The position numbers and the translations under genes were made by a program. Below are positions 12,581 through 32,765 of a stretch of 64,000 nucleotides of DNA, one piece after another. The notes under the pieces are model-generated. The model saw only the letters and a list, made by a program, of their open reading frames with translations. It was not told the origin of the DNA and made no database searches. The stretch is from the human T2T-CHM13v2.0 reference genome, Homo sapiens. Within the stretch, counting starts at the first letter, position 1. Each line of letters opens with the position of its first letter. The DNA lies in NCBI RefSeq assembly GCF_009914755.1, contig NC_060930.1. One strand, given 5' to 3'.

Positions 12581-15500
12581 TTTTTTTCTTCATAGTTCTT
12601 TTTTTAATTTTTTTTTCATAGGTTATTGGGGGAACAGGTGGTGTTTGGTTACATGAGTAAGTTATTTAGTGATGATTTGTGAGATTTTGGTGCACAAATC
12701 ACCAAGCAGTATACACTGCACCCTATTTGTAGTCTTTTATCCCTCATCCCTTCCCTCCCTTTCTCCCTGAGTACCCAAAGTCCATTGTGTCATTCATATG
12801 CCTTTGCATCCTCATATTTTAGCTCCCACTTATGAGTGAGAACATACAATGTTTGGTTTTCCACTCCTGAGTTACTTCACTAAGAATAATAGTCTCAAAT
12901 CTCATCTAGGTTTCTGCAGATGTCATTATTTTATTCCTTTTTAGGGCTGAGTAGTATTCCACCGTATATATAACCCACAGTTTCTTTATCCACTCCTTGA
13001 TTGATGGGCATTTAGGCTGGTTCCACATTTTTGCAATTGTGAATTGTGCTACTATAAACATTCATGTGCAAGTATCTTTTTTGTATAACAACTACTTTTT
13101 TCTGGATAGATACCCAGTAGTGGGATTGCTGGATCAAATGGTAGTCCTACTTTTAGTTCTTTAAGGAATCTCCACACTGTTTTCCATAGTGGTTGTACTA
13201 GTTTACATTCCCACCAGCACTGTAGAAGTGTTTCCTGTTCACCACATCCACACCAACATCTATTAGTTTTTGATTTTTTGATTATGGACATTCTTGCAGG
13301 AGTAAGGGTATCACCTTGTGGTTTTGATTTGCATTTCCTTGATTATTAGTGATGTTGAGCATTTTTTCATATGTTTATTGGACATTTGTATATTTCTTTT
13401 GAGAATTGTCTAGTAATGTCCTTAGCCCACTTTTTGATGGAATTGTTTTTTTCTTGCTAATTTGTTTGAGTTCATCTTAGATTCTGTATATTTGTCCTTT
13501 GTCAGATGTATAGATTGTGAAGATGTTTGCTTATTCTGTGGGTTGTCTGTTTACTCTGCTGACTATTCCTTTTCCCATGCAAAAGGTCTTTAATTTAATT
13601 AAGTCCCAGCTATTTATCTTTGGTTTTATTGCATTTGCTTTTGGGTTCTCGGTCATGAAATCCTTGCCTAAGCCAATGTCTAGAGGTCTTTTCCAATGTT
13701 ATCTTCTTGAATTTTTATAGTTTCAGGTCTTAGATTTAAGTCCTTGATCCATCTTGAACTCAGGTTTAAGCCCTTGATCCATCTTGTGTATAGCAAGAGA
13801 TGAGGATCCAGTTTCATTCTCCTACATGTGGCTAGCCAATTATCCCAGCACCATTTGTGGAATAGGGTGTCCTTTCCTCACTTTATGTTTTTGTTTGCTT
13901 TGTCGAAGATCAGTTGGCTTGTAATTATTTGGGTTTATTTCTGGGTTCTCTATTCTGTTCCCTTGGTCTATGTGCCTATTTTTAAACCAGTACCGGGCTG
14001 TTTTGGTGACTATTGCCTTATAGTATACATTGAAATCAGGTAATGTGATGCCTCCAGATTTGTTCTTTTTGCTTAGTCTTGCTTCCGCTATGCAGACTCT
14101 TTTTTGGATTCATATGAATTTTAGGATTTTTTTTCTAGTTCTGTGAAGAATAATGGTGGCATTTTAATGGGAATTGCATTGAATTTTTAAATTGTTTTTG
14201 GCAGTATGGTTATTTTCACAATATTGATTCTACCCATCCATGAGCACGGGATGTGTTTCCATTTGTTTGTGTTGTCTATGATTTCTTTCAGCAATGTTTT
14301 GTAGTTTTCCTTGTAGAGGTATTTCACCTCCTTGGTTAGGTATATTCCTAAGTATTTCATTTTTTTTATTTTTTGGCAGCTATTGTAAAAGTGCTGAGTT
14401 CATGATTTGATTCTTAGATTGGTCATTGTTGGTGTATAGGAGAGCTACTGATTTGTGTCCATTAATTTTGCATCTGGAAACTTTGCTGAATTCTTTTATC
14501 AGTTTTAGAAGCATTCTGGAGGAGTCTTTAGGGTTTTCTAGGTATGTAATCATATAATCAGCAAACAGTGACAGTTGGACTTCCTCTTTATCTATTTGGA
14601 CGCCCTTTATTTCTTTCTCCTGTCTGATTGGTCTGAGACTTCCAGTACTATGTTGAGGAGAAGCGGTGAGAGTGGGCATCCTTGTCTTGTTCCAGTTCTC
14701 AGAGGGAATGCTTTCAATTTTTCCCCATTCAGTATTACATTGGCTGTGGGTTTGTCATAGATGGCTTTTATTACATTGTGGTATGTCCCCTCTATGTTGA
14801 TTTTGTTGAGAGTTTTAATCATAAAGGGATGCTAGATTTTGTGGAATGCTTTTTCTGTGTCTATTGAGATGATCATGTGACTTTTGTTTTTAATTCTGTT
14901 TATGTGTTGTATCACATTTATTAACTTGCATATGTTAAACCATCCCTGCATCCCTGGTATGAAACCTACTTGATTATGGTGGATTATCTTTTTGCTGTGT
15001 TATTGGATTCAGTTAGCTAATATTTTGTTAAGGAATTTTGCATCTATGTTCTTCAGGGATATCGGGCTATAGTTTTCTTTTTTTGTTATATCCTTTCCTG
15101 GTTTTGGTATTAGGGTAATACTGGCTTCATAGAATGATTTAGGGAGGATTCCCTCTTTCTCTATCTTGTGGAATAGTCTCAATAGGATTGGTGCCAATTC
15201 TTCTTTTCATGTCTGGTAGATTTCAGCTGTGACTCCATCTGGTCCTGGACTTTGTTTTGTTGTTGGTAATTTTTTATTATTACCATTTCAATCTCACTGC
15301 TTGTTTTTGGTCTGTTCAGGGTATCTAATTCTTCCTGATTTAAGCTAGGAGGGTTGTATCTTTACAGGAATTTATCCATCTCCTCTAGCTTTTCTAGTTT
15401 ATGCATGTAAAGAAGTTCCTAGTAGCTTTGAATGATCTTTTGTGTTTCTGTGGTGTAAGTTGTAACATCTCTCATTTTGTTTCTGACTGAGCTCATTTGG

Positions 15501-15991
15501 ATTTTTCTTTCTTCTTGGTTAATCTTGCTAATGGTCTATCAATTTTATTTATCTTTTCAAAGAACCAGTTTTTTGTTTTATATATCTTTTGTTTTTTTGT
15601 TTGTTTGTCTCTTTCAATTTCTTTTAGTTCTGCTCTGATCTTGGTTATTTCCTTTCTTCTTCTGGGTTTGGGTTTGGTTTGTTATTGTTTCTCTAGTTCC
15701 TTGAGGTGTGACCTTAGATTTACTGTTGGTGCTCTTTAGATTTTTCAGTGTAAGCGTTTAGAGCTATGAACTTTCCTCTTAATGCTGCCTTTGCTGTATC
15801 CCAGAGGTTTTTGATACATTGTGTCACTATTGTCGTTCAGTTCAAACAACTTTTAAATTTCCATCTTGATTTCATTGTTGACCTGATGATTATTCAAGAG
15901 CAGGTTATTTAATTTCTATTTATTTGCATGGTTTTGAAGGTTCCTTCTGGAGTTGATTTCCAGTTTTATTCTGCTGTGGTCTGAGAGAGAA
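12581..15991 (-). mobile_element. 5'-truncated L1 (L1PB1-like), about 3.4 kb, with broken ORF2 remnants
   Basis: PolyT at left followed by ataggttattgggggaacaggtggtgtttggttacatgagtaag. Minus-strand ORF2 peptide fragments ([33 protein letters not shown]; LFADYMITY). 15-bp TSD gcatctc[c/t]attttat at 12566-12580 and 15992-16006. Confidence 0.93.
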
Positions 15992-17673
15992 GCATCTCTA
16001 TTTTATACTTAAGATTGTTGTATAGCTTATGTGACATTCCCTAGTGAGCCATGTCTCATAAATCCATCAAAGTTTAGGTTTGTTTACAGTAAGCAATTCT
16101 AAATCAAGAACACCTTTCTCAAAGTAGCTCATAGATAGAAATGCTTTTTTTTTAAGCAAACGTTCTTAGTCTGTTGCCCTGAGGACCCAGTTGTTATGTT
16201 AACAAGGAGATTAGACCAGGCCACCAACCTTCCTTCCCCACTCCCTAGGGGAATCCCCTGATAATCAAAAGAAGTCACAGGCTAGCTGCTTTAACTCCTT
16301 CCTCCTCAACAATATTTTTAGAATTTTTTTTTTTTAACAGAAGGAATGAAAGGTGGGAATAACACTCAAGCCATCGTGTTTGTTTTGAATTGGAGGAAAG
16401 CAAGACCAACATCATTTATAATAGTGAATGCTTCATTATAATAATACAGAAAATGATATAAGCCTAAACAATGAAGTAACAATAGCAAGGAGAGAGGGAA
16501 TGAGATTTAATAAATATCACAGCATTTCAATGGACTCAATATAGTAATTGACTAGATGTAGGATTTAGGCAGTTGAAGAAATAAATAATGATTTCCAGTC
16601 AGAGCCTTAGGCAGGTATATGAATAATGTGGCTATTTGTGGCCACAGAGAAAACAGAGGAGCAATGTGTGGGAAGATGGAGGTTCTTTAATAGAAGATAA
16701 GAGAACTTCGATTTTATTTAAACTCTGATAGAAAACAACCAGTGAAAACATAGAAATGGATGATGTAGCAAAAATATAGAATAATCTGCAGAATGAGGTA
16801 ACTTTACCCATTTAGATTTCAGAATTTAATGAGGAGGGATCAGCCTTAGATGTGAGGACAGATGTCTTTTCCACTCTGGTGGGAGGGAAAAAAGCAACAA
16901 TGTTCTCTTTGATGTATTCTCTTCTAGTGGCCTCCATTTTTTCTATTGTGTTCACAAAATATGGAACTTTCTTCTGAGTATTTAGCAACTTGGTAAACTA
17001 AATATTCACAAGATTGTTTATTAGGAATGAAATCAGAGCAAAATATAAGATGACCCTTGAGGATGTTCCTTTCAGACTATGGAGAAAGAAATGGAGCCAA
17101 AAAATTTCCCGATATAAGAAAAATCCTCCCCTCCAAGGTTCAAGAAATTTGTCTCTCTAAGATTAGTGATTTCTCTTTCTTGGATATTTACTTCTAAACT
17201 CTGCCTTTCCACCTTTTTTCTAATAACATCATTTTCCAAAAAGTATGTTAATTAGTTCATTTTCAGATTACTCAGATGCAAGCTGATTAAACTTGCCTTT
17301 TTTTCTAAAAATCTCTTTACTTTTCTCATAATCTATACTTTTATCATATTATTTCTTAGGCTGTTGACATCTTTGTGGCTTATTTTTTCTATTTCAGTTC
17401 TTACTAGTTTGTTCTCTTATTGTAAATTGAACTTGAAGTTTCAGAGCTCCTAATTAACCACAGTGATACATTTTTATTTAATCCCAGCAAAGCTGGTGCT
17501 AATTAGTTTCCCATGAGCTCAAAAGATGATCAGCCTGCAAAATTTGGTCTGATGCAGAAACTGTTGTCATAGCAAAGCCCCATCTAAGGTAATACTCTCT
17601 CTTTGACTCCTGCAGCCTTCTTCTTAGTATGTTAACGTCCCTGATATGCACGATGGTGTTTGTTTTGTAACTG

Positions 17674-18204
17674 TGTATTAGGGTTCTCAGAGAAACAGAA
17701 CCAACAGGAAAGAGATTTATAATAAATATAGAATACATATAAAAGAAATTTATCTGTATAGAAAGAGATTTATTGTAAGGTATTGGCTCACACGATTATG
17801 ACAGCTAAAAAGTTTCACAATCTGCTGTCTGCAACCTGGAGCCCCACAAAAGCTGGGAGTGGTTTGAAGGCCTGAAACCCAGACAACCAATGGTGTCAAT
17901 TCCATTTCAGATCTAAGGGCTGAGAACCAGGAAACCTGAGGACAGAAGATCCATGCTCCAGTTCAACCAGTCAGGCAGACAGCAAGTTCAGCCTTTCTCT
18001 ACCTTTTTACTTTATTAAGGCCTTAAAATGGGTTGAATGATGTCTACCCACATTAGGGAGGGCTATCTGCTTTACTCAGTCCACCAATTTAAGTGCTAAT
18101 CTTTTCCAGAAACACTCTCACAGACACACCCAGAAAGAATGTTTAACCATTTATCCAGGCATCCCATGGCCCAAGCAAGTTAACACATAAAATTAACCAT
18201 CACA
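17674..18204 (-). mobile_element. MLT2 (MLT2C/D-like) ERVL solo LTR
   Basis: tgtattagggttctcagagaaacagaaccaacagg...aagttaacacataaaattaaccatcaca. Perfect 5-bp TSD AACTG at 17669-17673 and 18205-18209. Confidence 0.92.
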
Positions 18205-19453
18205 AACTGGAAGAGCAAGAATTTTATGTAAACATAATAGCAAAAGATTAGACCAGGTTACCAGCCTGCCCTAATGTTAGAAAAAAGGGTGTAGGAAAGA
18301 GTCAAGGAGGATAAAGCAGTTGGTTTCCCATGGATTCTCTATCCTGCCCTGTAAACTGGACTAAAGCCTCTATCATTAGCAGATAGAGGACCAGAAATTA
18401 AGGGAAATGTTCTGGAAGAGATGCTGTGAGTGTTTCACTGAATTCAAAGCCACTGAAACCAGCAAGAAAGTTTGATTCAGATAGTCAGTTTTCCAACTGC
18501 AACATAAAGCCAGACTGGCAACTGCAGAGTTAGAGGTCAAGGAACCACTGAATTTGGGATTCTGGGCCCACACATCCAATAGGGAGGAGCAGAAATGAGC
18601 TTGCATCAGACAGATTCTCAGACTAGTGGCAGCCAAATGATAAAGGGCAAGTAGGGTGGGTGCAGACTGTAATTCCTAGAAAAGTTTGGAATCCATATAA
18701 AACTCCTGTGGTCTTTTACAGAAACAACTGGGGAAAGAAAAGAAATTTCCAGTGGTAAGATCAACGAAGGATCAAACTATCACAATATAGTCAGTTAATA
18801 TCTGACCTTATATAGTAGCTTGATGAGATCCAGGGAATTTGGATTATAAAAATTTGCAGGGAGGGAATTCTTTATTTTGTTTTAAGTGATTAAAATAAAT
18901 ATTTTAAAATTATCAACTGATGGTGTTGTGTGGAAAACTCTGGGACATAAGTGAAATGTTTACTTACATTCTTTCTTATCTCTCCCCTTATTGTTTTTAG
19001 GCAACTTGGTTTTTTGAGGTTAGTTAATTTTGAAAGCTGACTCAACAAAGCAGCACATAAGGAATTTATCTGAAAGAGAATGTGGCTAGGAGGGGATACA
19101 ACTATCACAGAGGCCTTGGATCAGCAATTAATGCATCATTAATCCTTGATGTTCCTTGAATTTCTTCATAAACACCCCAATAATAAAACAAATCTAGATT
19201 CCTTCACTGTTCTGATTCACCTTTCTACACTCTCCTGATGGCACGTGACCACTGTTCCTGGCCGTTGGCTTCCAGAAAGAGAACAGACAGGGAAGTGTTG
19301 GTGAATCTAGTTTGTTCTAATTAACAATGACTCCAGGGAAATATATATCATAAAATAAATTTTCATTCATATAATTCATAGAAGTCTTTGCAACTGTTAA
19401 CCGGAATCTTCATTTTCTCTCTCTTTTGTGTGTGTGTGTATGTATATATATAA

Positions 19454-19650
<197 letters not shown>

Positions 19651-19806
19651 TAAAGCAATACGTGTGACCTGAGGCAGAAAGATGTACACCAGTTTCCTCA
19701 TCTGGAAAAACTGATGTAATTCTAACCCATATTTCATCTGGTTGTGAGATTTAAAGGAATTATTACCTGCAAAATGCTTGGAACCATGCTTGGCATATAG
19801 AAAGAA

Positions 19807-19807
<1 letters not shown>

Positions 19808-19838
<31 letters not shown>

Positions 19839-19916
19839 TTAAACACATGCACATATATTTTTCATTTAACAAATATATATTATTTGATATATATATATAT
19901 ATATTTGTTAAATGAA
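19808..19916. repeat. Compound (TA)n(TG)n microsatellite plus a 20-bp-arm inverted repeat
   Basis: Read directly; arms at 19861-19880 and 19897-19916. Confidence 0.9.
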
Positions 19917-20664
19917 CAGTAAGAAATACATTTTTCCTGAAAATTAAATGGTAAAATTTATATAAAAATCTTAGTCTGGTGGTTTAAACATTGGAAATGC
20001 TGAATGGTTGTTAGCTCCTTGGTCAGTCATAAAACATACGTTGAGAGCAAGAATATGACAAGTATGATTTAGGCACTAGGGACTGGAATCTGAGTAAAAA
20101 CGCCCAATCTTTGCCTTATGAGCCTGGTTACAATTGAACAGAGATGACAACATTAATCGTATACTCACACAAATCTAGGTAAACTTGATACTGTGGCAAA
20201 TGCTGTGCAAAAATGACACGTGGTACTATAAAATGTGTACTTGGGGTTTTGATTTAGTGTGTTGGGGGAAGGTTGGGAGACTGTTCGGGGAAGGTTGGGA
20301 GACTGTCAGGAACTTTTCACAAGCTACTGCCAGTAGAACTGAGAGCTAAAAAGTGAAAAGGAATATATCAGTAAAGAGAGGAGGGAATCTGCTCCAGGGA
20401 GAGGTGAGGGCTGGTGGAGCAGCTCTGTGAGAGGGACAAGCATGGTGATAGAGGGAATGCAACATTGGCATGTGCTGAGACTGGTGACAAAAGCTGTGTC
20501 CCCATCATCCAGGGCTCCTTAAGCTACATGAAGACTTTTAACATTTTTTTTTTATCTTATAAGCAATTGGAATTCATCAACAGCCCTAAAACAGAATGGT
20601 AATATGTGATCTGTGGTTTGAAACATCACGCTATTGGAGGAATCCCCAAATTTTAGTGTACATC

Positions 20665-26402
<5,738 letters not shown>

Positions 26403-27331
26403 AAAATTTAGTGTACGTCAGAACTACTTGGAGGGCTCGCCAAAGCATGTTGCTAGGCCTCTTTCCAAAGTTTCTGATTTCATATGTCTGGGTTCTGGTA
26501 GAAGAATTTGCCTTTCTAACAGGATCCCAGATGTTGCTGATGCTGCTGATCTAGTGCCATCCTTTGAGGACTACTGATCTACTCTACTGTGAACAAATTG
26601 AAAGGATCAAAAGGGAGCACTAGGTGGACCACTTAGAAAGAAATGTCCGTCTTCCATACAAGAATTGATAGACATTTGACCTAGGGAAATGGAGAGAAGT
26701 CTACTAATATAAGGAATATTTAGGAGGTAAAATTGGCAGGAGTCGATGCTAGGTTAGGTGTGGATATGAAGGAAAAGACGATGTCAAGATGTCACTGGGT
26801 TAGTTGCCCTACCTTATCATCTAGAATGAAGACATTCTCATTTATAAAGTCCAAAAGGCTAGTAATCTATCAGCCCAAAATGAGAGTTTTGGATTTTTTT
26901 TTTTAATCTGTTGGCTGCAAGGGACTAAACCTGACAATAATCACAGAAGTGCTGGTGCTGACAGCTAAGTTATAAAAGACTGCTGGCCTCAAAGGGTGCT
27001 GGAAAGCTTGTTCTGAAAAAATGCCAGCAAGGCACCTCCTGGCCCTGTCTGTGGTATTTCCCAAAGGCACGTGGAGCATGAGCCAGGTTACATTTGGGCT
27101 CAGTGTCAGATCTCATGGCTCTAGCCACAGCTGAAGCCAGTAAATAGAGCTTCTAAAGTTAATAAAGACAGTGATGAAGGACTAGTGATTGAGTAGAGAG
27201 GAGAGAGAGCAGATGAAAGATCAAACTAAAAGAGGCTAATCCCTGAATTTGTAAAGAAAATTTCGAAGAGAGAGACAGTAGAAGGTGCCCAAAATAAAGA
27301 AATTTGCAGTACGGGAAAAGCGGTAGTTGGC

Positions 27332-27687
27332 AGCTCTCTTGCCAGTAGAAACAAACGTCTGAGGCAAAAATGAAGGAAGAAGAAAGAATTTTAAAAAGAC
27401 ATGCATTGGACTGTCTAAAGACAAACCCACTGCAGAAATGAATCAGGGATTTATTATTACCAGAGAGAGTTCTGAGGAATATTTAGGAAAAGTGTTGGTG
27501 ATCAAAATTGGTGTCATTTGGTGGCAACTTCCTCAGGGCTTGAGGAAATAAAACAAAGGCTTACCCTTGGAAATACCAGGGATTATATATAAGGATCTTT
27601 GAGAAAGGTTCACAAACACAAATTTTATAGCATTCCGGAGATCAACCAGTGTCTTCGTGCCAAAAAGTAAAGGGCATTTTTCCCAAA
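27332..27687 (+). repeat. Copy 1 of a 356-bp interspersed direct duplication
   Basis: Matches 29299-29654 with 14 substitutions and no indels (hand count). Confidence 0.97.
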
Positions 27688-28306
27688 GGCAAGAGGCATT
27701 TGGCTCAGAATTTAATGGAGAAAATTGTGGGAACTTAGAGGAGGAATGCCCATTAGAGAGGTTCAATAGAATTTGAAGTTTCAAGGGAATTTTTGAAAGC
27801 GCAGTGATGAATATATAAAGTTTTATAGGACTTTGAGACAGAATATAATTTGGTGTATAATAGCTAAAGCGTAAAGCTTTTGTTTTTAATCTTGCACGTG
27901 TTCTTAGCATAAAAATTGTAGCCAGGAGTAAAAGCAAAATAAAACAATAACCAAAAAAAACTAAAAAGATAAGCCACCCAATTTAAATTATAAGCATTCA
28001 TGTAGTATTCAGATTTTTGCAGAATCCTGTACTAATACTATGATAGTGAAGATCACAATGATTATATGGGGAGCAAATTACTCTTTGAACCTGCATAAAC
28101 AGATTACTAATAGTTGAGAATCAGATAACACCAATGGCTTATATAAAATAAAGAGATTTCTTTGTATTTTTAAGAATTTACATATAGTGTTGTTGTGGGG
28201 TGTTTTGGCTTATTTGAAAATACAGATAATTATGGATATATTTTGAAGGATTCAAGATACATACTTTGGACCCTGGAATATTAGGGGAAGAAGACGGGGA
28301 AGAGAT

Positions 28307-29288
<982 letters not shown>

Positions 29289-29298
29289 GCTAACTTGT

Positions 29299-29654
29299 AG
29301 CTCTCTTGCCAGTAGAAACAAATGTCTGAGGCAAAAATGAAAGAAGAAAAAAGAATTTTAAAAAGACATGCGTTGGACTGTCTAAAGAGAAACCCACTGC
29401 AGAAATGAATCAGGGACTTATTATTACCAGAGAGAGTTCTGAGGAATATTTAGGAAAAGTGCTGGTGATCAAAATTGGTGTCATTTGGTGGCAACTTCCT
29501 CAGGGCTTGAGGAAATAAAACAAAGGCTTACCCTTGGAAATACCAGAGATTATATCTAAGGATCTTTGAGAAAGGTTCACAAACACAAATTTTATAGCAT
29601 TCCAGAGATCAACCAGTGTCTTCATGCCAAAAGGTAAATGGCATTTCTCCCAAA
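29299..29654 (+). repeat. Copy 2 of the 356-bp direct duplication
   Basis: agctctcttgccagtagaaac...gcatttctcccaaa; offset 1967 bp from copy 1. Confidence 0.97.
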
Positions 29655-30292
29655 TTCACCCTTCAATTTGTCAGTGATTCATTTCTTGTCTTTGGAGTTG
29701 GTATGAATTTATCTTGAAGATCCTCAGGTTGATCTAAAGTTCTGTTCAAATGGTCTATGTATTTCACATATTTTTACCAGCTATCAAAAAATCTCATTAG
29801 GAATGGTTTAATAGTACACATACACAAAAAAATAGTAAATGTACTATACAGTGACTGTCAAATGTCCTGATCCAACAAGTCCTAATGGCATAAGGGAAAA
29901 TCTCTTCCAACCCCAACATCCTGCTAATGATGTTGGGATAGGGGAGGTGGGTTGAAGAGGTAGGTAGTGGCTGCAATCTGGGAATAATGCCCCAAGTCAC
30001 AAATTACAAGCTCAGCTATCCTGTTCCATCTCCACATTTTAAGCAAGTATTGAACTTTGTTCTATAGCATGCTCCTGCTTCTTTCCATTTAAAATAAGGA
30101 TTCAATACCTACCTCCACCAAAAATCAAAACTTACAGTAGGACTGCCTCTCCATGAGGGAGCCTCCTGTTCTCCTTAGTTACACATTTTTCTCCCTAATA
30201 CCTTGATATGTATCTGTGGTTGGAGAATTACAACTCTAATCTTTTTCTATTTCAAGTTATCTTCCATTTTTAACATTCAGTAGAGTGTTCTT

Positions 30293-31127
30293 TTTTTTTC
30301 CTTTTTTTTAATTATTATTGTACTTTAAGTTTTAGGGTACATGTGCACAATGTGCAGGTTAGTTACATATGTATACATGTGCCATGCTGCTGCGCTGCAC
30401 CCACTAACTCGTCATCTAGCATTAGGTATATCTCCCAATGCTATCCCTCCCACCTCCCCCCACCCCACAACAGTCCCCAGAGTGTGATGTTCCCCTTCCT
30501 TTCTCCATGTGTTCTCATTGTTCAATTCCCATCTATGAGTGAGAATATGCAGTGTTTGGTTTTTTGTTCTTGCAATAGTTTACTGAGAATGATGATTTCC
30601 AATTTCATTCATGTCCCTACAAAGGACATGAACTCATCCTTTTTTATGGCTGCATAGTATTCCATGGTGTATATGTGCCACATTTTCTTAATCCAGTCTA
30701 TCATTGTTGGACATTTGGGTTGGTTCCAAGTCTTTGCTATTGCGAATAATGCCGCAATAAACATACGTGTGCATGTGTCTTTATAGCAGCATGATTTACA
30801 GTCCTTTGGGTATATACCCAGTAATGCGATGGCTGGGTCAAATGGTATTTCTAGTTCCAGATCCCTGAGGAATCGCCACACTGACTTCCACAATGGTTGA
30901 ACTAGTTTACAGTCCCACCAGCAGTGTAAAAGTGTTCCTATTTCTCCACATCCTCTCCAGCACCTGTTGTTTCCTGACTTTTTAATGATTGCCATTCTAA
31001 CTGGTGTGAGATGGTATCTCATTGTGGTTTTGATTTGCATTTCTCTGATGGTCAGTGATGGTGAGCATTTTTTCATGTGTTTTTTGGCTGCATAAATGTC
31101 TTCTTTTGAGAAGTGTCTGTTCATGTC
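30293..31127 (-). mobile_element. Young 5'-truncated L1 (L1PA2-like), about 835 bp
   Basis: Open ORF2p C-terminus (30609-31124). The 3' UTR has GAG, not the L1HS-Ta ACA, at gcattggGAGatatacc. Perfect 15-bp TSD CAGTAGAGTGTTCTT at 30278-30292 and 31128-31142; endonuclease site TCTT/AA. Confidence 0.95.
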
Positions 31128-31924
31128 CAGTAGAGTGTTCTTAAAGAACGACTGGAGGTAATCTCTTAACAGAAAATTGAATCATGCATACCAAGTCTTG
31201 TTAAGCAGCACTTTTAACCCAGATTCTGTTATTTTTTATGGTAAAGTCTTTAAGTTACATTCTCTCATAGTACTTGAAACTACTAAAAATAATTGAAAAG
31301 GTTTAATTATCCTATTTACTGTTACCATTTGCTTTGTGCTATATGTTTATTGCTATCTCTGGTGAGCTATAGTAACACTGCTGCAGGTGTTTTTAAAATA
31401 GGTAGTATTGATTATCAGTATAAGACATGTTAAGTATCCAACTGAATTTTAGTCATGAGGAATAGGTGAAAAGGATTCTGTCAAGGAGATGTCAATTTGG
31501 CCCCAAGAGGCAAACTTTTTTTGACAGTTCCGTACAAAGTAGAGGTTACTGAGTAACTGCCCCTATTATTTAGTAACTGACCCTGACAGCACTGAAAAAT
31601 TGAGGGGAGGGGGTGAGCAGAGAGTTAAGAAGGATAACCTCAAGTTATATAAAATATCCAGGAAGCATGAAAACTGGAAACCACACAGTAGAAGAAACGT
31701 CGTTTCTGTCTAGTGATCAATTCCTCGTTTGGCTAATGAGAGAGAGAGAGAGACTGAGACATGGAACTAAAATGTTCTGAATAGATGCTAACTTTGAGAC
31801 AAAACAGAGAGGCAAAACTGGGAGATTTTGCTCTTCTAGTGGTAGGAATAGCCATATGCCAATTTTAATGGGAGTAATTCCATAGAGAGCTCCATGCTAA
31901 ATGCACAGAGGAAGAAACAAAGTA

Positions 31925-32400
31925 CGTATTCATTCATTCACATTTGGCTAATTTTTGTATATCTGGTTACCTACCAAGCACAGTACTTGTACATAGTTGA
32001 GATGCAGCAATTCACCCATTTATTCATATGAGACATACAGCATTTATTAAGCATCTACTACATTCTGGTGATAAGGATACAGCCGTGAAGAAAACAAAGC
32101 CCCTCACAAAGCTTACATTCTGGTATCACTAAAATGATTGCATATTCTGGCTGCAACCTGGGGAATCAGTGATCTAAAATGTTAATTATCAAGTGCCCAG
32201 ATTCTAAAGCCAGGTGGCCTGGGCTTGAAAAGTATTTTGTGCCATTAACTCTCTGTGTGGTTTTGGACAAGTCACTTAATCATTTTGGGCCTCAGTTTCT
32301 TTATCAATAAAATGGGGATATAATGAGTTAATAGGTGTGTGTGTGTATAAGTTAATATAAGTGCTCAGATCAGTGTTTGACACTAATAAGTGCCATATAT
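31925..32400. mobile_element. L2 tails (minus) followed by a MIR (plus)
   Basis: attcattcattcac..., agcatttattaagcatctactacattctgg..., ttggacaagtcacttaatcattttgggcctcagtttctttatcaataaaatgggga. Confidence 0.7.
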
Positions 32401-32609
32401 ATGTGTCAGATACCCTTGTTAAAAGAAATTAATCTAAATTCAACTCATCGTTAAATAGTTCTTAATTACAGAATAAAAGGTAGAGACCAGGGAAATCAAG
32501 ACAACAAAACTTGAGATACCAATAGCAAATGGATTATTCACGTTTGTATTATTTGTTCAAAGTAGATTACAGAAGGAAAGAGAGAGCACAATCCAGTGGT
32601 TAAGCTGGT

Positions 32610-32765
32610 TACTTGTATCTGTGGCCTGCAATTTCCTCATCTGTGAAGGAATGAGAAAAGGTGTCCTTTTTAGGGGTTCTAGAAGGATTAAAGGAAATGA
32701 TGTGTGTAAAATGCTTGGCACAAGGCCTTGCTAAGGGTGAGCATTTATTAAATGGTGGCTATTTC
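32610..32765 (+). mobile_element. MIR
   Basis: ggcctgcaatttcctcatctgtgaagg...gtgtaaaatgcttggcacaaggccttgc. Confidence 0.7.
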
